Below are positions 8,098 to 12,150 of a stretch of DNA of 12,150 bases, piece after piece (positions within the stretch are counted from its first letter, which is position 1; each line of letters opens with the position of its first letter). The notes below the pieces were generated by a model. It was not told the DNA's origin. It did not search any database and was given only the letters and a program-made list of their open reading frames with translations. Origin of the DNA: Candidatus Bipolaricaulia bacterium (GTDB lineage Bacteria; Bipolaricaulota; Bipolaricaulia; JBHIAT01); contig JBHIAT010000114.1 in NCBI GenBank assembly GCA_046758705.1, positions 1-12,150 of the forward strand, in the 5' to 3' direction. The position numbers and the translations under genes were made by a program.

Positions 8098-8387
8098 TCT
8101 GAGAGCCTTCGAGCTTCTCTTCGCACTAGACCCTTCTCCAACTCAAGCTTCTCGATCCGGGAGCGGAGGGGCTTCAGCTTCTTGATCTTTACCAAGACCA
8201 CAGGATGCCCCTCAGATCGACGATTCTCAGCCAGCCGATGGGCCCATGCGTTGAACTCCTCATCCCCTTCCAGCTGTAGGATCACCACCGAATCATTGGG
8301 GATTTGCTCGGCCACCTTCGGATGCTCGCGCACGTAGCGGTTGAACTCCTTGATCAGTTCCGTGTTCTTCCGTTCAAAAGTGTTCAT
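8034..8387 (-). CDS. DUF5647-like small protein (putative TA-type cassette component); the last ~30 aa may be frameshift read-through
   Basis: The pattern KNTELIKEFNRYVREHP...IP...VILQLEGDEEFNAW...VVLVKIKKLKP..SRIEKLELE matches my recollection of DUF5647 proteins. AAGGAG SD lies 8 nt upstream. Confidence 0.7.
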   Translation of the reverse strand: MNTFERKNTELIKEFNRYVREHPKVAEQIPNDSVVILQLEGDEEFNAWAHRLAENRRSEGHPVVLVKIKKLKPLRSRIEKLELEKGLVRREARRLSDQLLILPILKTSFRQTWCSSS

Positions 8388-8476
8388 GCGAATGTCTCCT
8401 TCAGAAACCTCTCTCGATAGATCTCCCAGTGATCGTCGAGATCGTCGTCAGCGAAGGTGAGGGCTTCTGTCTCCAT
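8384..8476 (-). pseudogene. C-terminal remnant (30 codons) of the upstream partner gene of the DUF5647-like gene
   Basis: Reads METEALTFADDDLDDHWEIYRERFLKETFA*. The stop overlaps the DUF5647-like start (ATGA, 8384-8387). An in-frame stop lies upstream at 8498-8500 and there is no SD, so no full-length gene remains. Confidence 0.6.
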
Positions 8477-8718
8477 GTTTGTGTTAGTCACAAGATCTTA
8501 TCCGATCGCGACCTATCGGTCAAGCAAACAACCCAGGGAGCAACTTCGAAGTCAACGCGTTGATGGACTAAGGCGCTGGTGATCCAGCGGTAGAACATTT
8601 CAAGAAGCTCGGAGGTTCAGGTTCTCAGGGTAAACCCCTAAAAGAAGCAAAACCGGGTCCTTTGGAAAGTCCATTCCCATGAAGTCTCCACAATCAACAA
8701 TCGCACCAACAATTTTAC

Positions 8719-8760
8719 AACCTCTATCAGGGTATACTTAACCTTAACAGGGTATACTTA
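8719..8760 (+). repeat. Tandem direct repeat with exact 13-bp core CAGGGTATACTTA x2, period 20 bp
   Basis: Exact copies at 8728-8740 and 8748-8760. The extended units are AACCTCTATCAGGGTATACTT and AACCTTAACAGGGTATACTT. Confidence 0.85.
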
Positions 8761-8907
8761 CTTTGGAGATAAAAATGGCTCTCTTTGATCAAGGTCACAA
8801 AGCCAGCAAAAATCCCGCTGCAACTCCAGGACGTTGCCAGCGACCGACCCTGTCGATTATCATGATAGTTGAGAACTTGGTTTGCGTAGATCAGGGAGGA
8901 GATATTC

Positions 8908-10578
8908 ATGTCTGTGGAAATGAAGAGACCGTGGTTGAAGCACTATCCTGAAGAGATTTCTGCCAGGATCGACTACCCCGAAGTTCCGCTCGATCGGTTG
9001 CTTGAGGAGACGGTGAAGCATTACCGCGATCGCACCGCGATCCGGTTCTTTGGCCAGCGGATCTCCTATGGGGAGTTGAACGGATGGGTCGACCGGTGCG
9101 CCGCTGCGTTCCATGAACTCGGGATTCGCAAAGGCGACCGGATCTCGATCTCTCTTCCCAACTTACCCCAGTTCGTGATCGCCTTCTACGGGGCGTTGCG
9201 AGTCGGGGCGACGGTCATTCAGACGAACCCGTTATACACCGAACGGGAGTTGAAGGAGATCCTGAACGACGCCGGCGCGAAGGCGATCGTCACACTGCGG
9301 CGCCTCTATCCTCGGGTGAAGGTGATCCAGAAGGAAACGTCCCTGGAGCACATCATTGTCACCAGCATCCGCGATTTTCTGCCGACGCTCAAACGTTGGC
9401 TGTATCCGCTGGCCCAGATGCGTCACGGCATGAGGGTCCGGGTGCCCCAGGACGCGGCCCACGATCTGATGACGATGCTTGCGGCCGCCCCCGCAACCCT
9501 ACCCACCGTCGAGATCGATCCCCATGAGGATGTCGCTTTGCTCCAGTATACCGGTGGCACGACCGGCACTCCGAAGGGCGTGATGCTCACCCACTACAAC
9601 CTGGTGGTCAACACGCTGCAGGCGCGGGCATGGTTTGCCAAGTCCCGGGAGGGAGAGGAGGTGATCATGGCCGCCCTACCGTTCTTCCATGTCTATGGGA
9701 TGACCGTCGCACTGAACCTGTCCATTTACCTCGCTGCAACGATGATCCTCGTCCCCCGGTTCGAGATCGACGAGATCCTGGAACTGATCAATGCTTACTG
9801 CCCGACGCTCTTCCCCGGGGTGCCAACGATGTATGTGGCCATCAACAACCATCCCAAACTGGACCGCTACCGGATCTCCTCGATCCGCGAGTGCATCTCC
9901 GGCTCGGCACCCCTGCCCGTAGAGGTGAAGGCAAAGTTCGAAGAGCTAACCGGTGGAAAACTCGTCGAGGGGTACGGTCTGTCAGAGGCCTCGCCCGTCA
10001 CCCATAGCAACCTGCTCTACGGGGAGCAGGTGACCGGGAGCATCGGGATCCCGATACCCGATACCGACGTCAAGATCGTCGACCTGAAGACCGGGGAGGA
10101 CCTGGGAGTTGGGGAGGTCGGGGAGTTGGCCATCCGCGGCCCCCAGGTCATGAAGGGCTACTGGAAACGCCCTGAGGAGACGGACGCGGTGCTCCAAAAC
10201 GGGTGGCTGTATACCGGAGACATCGCTCAGATGGACGAGCAGGGTTACTTCTACATCGTTGACCGCAAGAAGGACCTGATCCTCGCCTCCGGATACAACG
10301 TCTACCCCCGGGAGGTGGAGGAGGTGTTGTTCGAGCATCCTCAGGTGGCCGAGGCGGCGGTGGTCGGTGTGCCGGACCCGTACCGGGGCGAAACGGTCAA
10401 GGCATACATCGTCCTCAAGGCAGATGGGACGCTGACCGAGAACGAGCTGCGGACATTCTGCACAGGGAAGTTGGCGAAGTACAAGATCCCGACCGAGTTC
10501 GAGTTCCGTGATGAGTTGCCCAAATCAATGATCGGAAAGGTGCTCAAGCGCGAGCTGCGGGAGGAAGAGACGGGATAA
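8908..10578 (+). CDS. Long-chain-fatty-acid--CoA ligase (FadD/LcfA-type AMP-binding enzyme)
   Basis: Motifs LQYTGGTTGTPKGVMLTH, LPFFHVYG, FPGVPTMY, VEGYGLSE, RGPQVMKGYW, GWLYTGD, IVDRKKD, GYNVYPREVEE and LPKSMIGK. SD GGGAGGAG at 8894-8901. Confidence 0.93.
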   Translation: MSVEMKRPWLKHYPEEISARIDYPEVPLDRLLEETVKHYRDRTAIRFFGQRISYGELNGWVDRCAAAFHELGIRKGDRISISLPNLPQFVIAFYGALRVGATVIQTNPLYTERELKEILNDAGAKAIVTLRRLYPRVKVIQKETSLEHIIVTSIRDFLPTLKRWLYPLAQMRHGMRVRVPQDAAHDLMTMLAAAPATLPTVEIDPHEDVALLQYTGGTTGTPKGVMLTHYNLVVNTLQARAWFAKSREGEEVIMAALPFFHVYGMTVALNLSIYLAATMILVPRFEIDEILELINAYCPTLFPGVPTMYVAINNHPKLDRYRISSIRECISGSAPLPVEVKAKFEELTGGKLVEGYGLSEASPVTHSNLLYGEQVTGSIGIPIPDTDVKIVDLKTGEDLGVGEVGELAIRGPQVMKGYWKRPEETDAVLQNGWLYTGDIAQMDEQGYFYIVDRKKDLILASGYNVYPREVEEVLFEHPQVAEAAVVGVPDPYRGETVKAYIVLKADGTLTENELRTFCTGKLAKYKIPTEFEFRDELPKSMIGKVLKRELREEETG

Positions 10579-10594
10579 CACATACGCTAAATCG

Positions 10595-11467
10595 ATGTCG
10601 ATTGACCCGGTGGAGATCCTGATCTATTCGGCGATGATCAGCGCTCTTTATGCGCTGGTGGCGATCGGGTTCACGATGATCTTCGGTGTCGCCCGGGTGT
10701 TGAACCTGGCCCACGGTGCGTTCATCATGCTCTCCGCCTATATCACTCACCTCGCCCATAGCACCGGGTTGAACCTGTACCTCTCGCTGGCGCTGGCGAT
10801 CGTCGGCTGTGTGTTGTTTGCCTTGCTCACCTGCCATGGGATCATCTCGCCCATCCAGGGTTCCCTGGGTGCCCCGATCACGATCATGATCGCCACCCTG
10901 GCGCTGGCGCTGCTGCTCCAGCAGGGATTCACCATCGCGTTCGGCCCGACCCCCCGGTCTCTGCCGCCGCTGGTCGAGGGCAGCAGCCTGATCCTGGGAA
11001 CGCGGGTGATTAACAACCGGATCGTCGCGTTTGGGGTCTCCTGGGGGTTGATCGGGGTGCTGTGGGTGTTCATGAGCCGAACACGGCGTGGGAAAGCGAT
11101 CCTGGCCACCGCGATGGACGCCAGGGGGGCAGCGTTGGTGGGCATCGATCCCAAACGAATCCAGCAGCTCACCTGGGCGATCTCCGGCGCGCTGGCGGCA
11201 ATCGCCGGGTTCTTCCTCGCCTCGTTCCTGACGCTGACGCCGCAGATGTGGATCGACCCGCTGATCATCGCGTTCTCGATTGTCATCCTCGGGGGGTTGG
11301 GCAGTATCGGCGGGTCGGTGGCCGCCGCCTACTTTATCGGCACGATCGAGACATTCACCGCGTTCACCGTGTCAGGCACGTATGCCGGTCTGCCGTCATT
11401 GTTGATCCTGGTGCTGGTGCTTGCACTTCGGCCCCAGGGGTTCTTCGGTCGAATTGAAGAGAGTTAG
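10595..11467 (+). CDS. livH: Branched-chain amino acid (HAAT family) ABC transporter permease, LivH-type
   Basis: Motifs YALVAIGFTMIFGVARVLNLAHG, TRRGKAILATAMD...A.LVGID, IVILGGLGSIGG and C-terminal RPQGFFG. Multiple hydrophobic segments. Confidence 0.9.
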   Translation: MSIDPVEILIYSAMISALYALVAIGFTMIFGVARVLNLAHGAFIMLSAYITHLAHSTGLNLYLSLALAIVGCVLFALLTCHGIISPIQGSLGAPITIMIATLALALLLQQGFTIAFGPTPRSLPPLVEGSSLILGTRVINNRIVAFGVSWGLIGVLWVFMSRTRRGKAILATAMDARGAALVGIDPKRIQQLTWAISGALAAIAGFFLASFLTLTPQMWIDPLIIAFSIVILGGLGSIGGSVAAAYFIGTIETFTAFTVSGTYAGLPSLLILVLVLALRPQGFFGRIEES

Positions 11468-11477
11468 TTAACTGTAC

Positions 11478-11506
11478 TTGACTTCTTACTCATTATTCCA
11501 TATAGT
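11478..11506 (+). promoter_or_regulatory. Sigma70-type promoter of IS607 tnpA
   Basis: TTGACT (11478-11483), 17-nt spacer, TATAGT (11501-11506). ATGs follow at 11512 and 11515 with no SD. Confidence 0.8.
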
Positions 11507-11511
11507 TGTCT

Positions 11512-12126
11512 ATGATGAGCAAGATTTACAGGATTGGTGAATTTGCAGAGCGGATTGGCAAGTCTCCGTCGACGCTCCGACGCTGGGACAACGAAGGCGT
11601 TCTCCCGGCCAAGCGTACACCCGGCGCTCAGCGTTACTATGACGAGTCCGATGTCAGAAAGGCACTCGGTATCGAGCCTCCAGACGAGGAGAAACTCACG
11701 GTTGTCTATTGCCGGGTCTCCTCGAAAAAGCAAGCTGACGACCTCAAGTCGCAAGTCGAAGCCATGCGGCAGTTCTGCTTGGGGGCTGGCATCGCTGTTG
11801 ACGAGTGGATTGAGGAGTTCGGTAGCGGGTTAAACTTCAAGCGCAAGAAGTTCCTATCCGTGATCGAGCGTATCGAAGCGGGCAAGATCAAGCATTTAGT
11901 CATTGCCCATCAGGATCGTTTGGTCAGGTTCGGATTTGACTTCTTCCTGGGGTTTGCCCAAAGGCATGGTTGCCCAGTGACGGTCGTCAACCAAGAGCAA
12001 CTATCCCCTGCGCATGCGCAAGAGATGGTTGAGGACTTGATGACCATCGTTCACTGTTTTTCTTCTCGTCTCTATGGATTGCGTAGCTACAAGATACAGA
12101 TAAGGGAAGCTGCCGAGGATGGCTAA
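11512..12126 (+). CDS. tnpA: IS607-family transposase TnpA (N-terminal MerR-like HTH + serine recombinase domain)
   Basis: HTH segment YRIGEFAERIGKSPSTLRRWD...RTPGAQRYY, catalytic YCRVSS, GSGLNFKRKKF, DRLVRFGF and EMVEDLMTIVHCFSSRLYGLR. Start is ATG 11512 or 11515; the TTG at 11506 overlaps the -10 box. Confidence 0.93.
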   Translation: MMSKIYRIGEFAERIGKSPSTLRRWDNEGVLPAKRTPGAQRYYDESDVRKALGIEPPDEEKLTVVYCRVSSKKQADDLKSQVEAMRQFCLGAGIAVDEWIEEFGSGLNFKRKKFLSVIERIEAGKIKHLVIAHQDRLVRFGFDFFLGFAQRHGCPVTVVNQEQLSPAHAQEMVEDLMTIVHCFSSRLYGLRSYKIQIREAAEDG

Positions 12127-12150
12127 AGTCACACGTATTGCCTACAGCAA
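12119..12150 (+). CDS. tnpB: Probable IS607 TnpB, 5' end only (MAKVTRIAYS...), partial
   Basis: ATG 12119 overlaps the tnpA stop by 8 nt (ATGGCTAA) and the frame is open to the window edge. Position fits tnpB, and KVTRIAYS resembles N-termini I recall from IS607 second ORFs. Only 10 codons are visible. Confidence 0.65.
   Translation, partial: MAKVTRIAYS

Larger units (their letters stand above)
11468..12150 (+). mobile_element. IS607-family insertion sequence (left part; the left boundary is approximate)
   Basis: Abrupt switch to AT-rich sequence at the livH stop, its own promoter, an HTH-serine recombinase tnpA, and an overlapping second ORF as in the tnpA-tnpB layout. Confidence 0.85.

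Noticed and set aside
8001..8544. 10-bp direct repeat AGGGAGCAAC (8001-8010 and 8535-8544) flanking the DUF5647 cassette as a possible target-site duplication
   Set aside because: By rough estimate about 0.6 such 10-mer pairs are expected by chance in 1.1 kb, and the positions do not match the inferred breakpoints (~8100 and ~8476).
8488..8680. Small - strand ORFs (MGMDFPKDPVLLLLGVYPENLNLRAS*, MFYRWITSALVHQRVDF...)
   Set aside because: Short, no recognisable homology, and not in frame with the 8384-8476 stub.
8728..8760. CRISPR-array interpretation of the tandem repeat
   Set aside because: Only two 13-bp copies with a 7-nt spacer, and no cas genes in the window.
8727..8951. ORFs 8727-8909 (-) and 8763-8951 (+)
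   Set aside because: Short and motif-free; they overlap the regulatory leader and start of the acyl-CoA ligase.
11460..11511. IStron (group I intron fused to IS607)
   Set aside because: Only ~45 nt separate livH from tnpA, leaving no room for a ribozyme core.

Overview
GC-rich bacterial window, mostly housekeeping and metabolic genes, with one decayed accessory patch and an IS at the right edge. Left to right: the 3' end of an unidentified + strand ORF; prephenate dehydratase pheA (-), divergent from an M42 aminopeptidase and a 203-aa hypothetical (+); then a - strand operon sdhA-sdhB-sdhE (HdrB-like CCG subunit)-143-aa hypothetical-YycJ/WalJ-type MBL hydrolase, driven by an extended -10 sigma70 promoter. 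This is a non-classical (type E, no heme anchor) succinate dehydrogenase/fumarate reductase. Next is a ~1.1 kb more AT-rich interval (7800-8900) holding a DUF5647-like gene, an unannotated 30-codon stub of its upstream partner, an orphan promoter/SD/6-codon gene start and a tandem 13-bp repeat. After that come a long-chain acyl-CoA ligase and livH (+). An IS607-family element follows immediately: a serine-recombinase tnpA with its own, probably leaderless, promoter and the first 10 codons of a probable tnpB. I cannot support a wholly new system. The best leads are the uncharacterised 143-aa gene in the fourth-subunit position of the type E Sdh operon, the decayed TA-like cassette, and the IS607/TnpB insertion in the liv operon. 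All family names come from recognising motifs, not from database searches.
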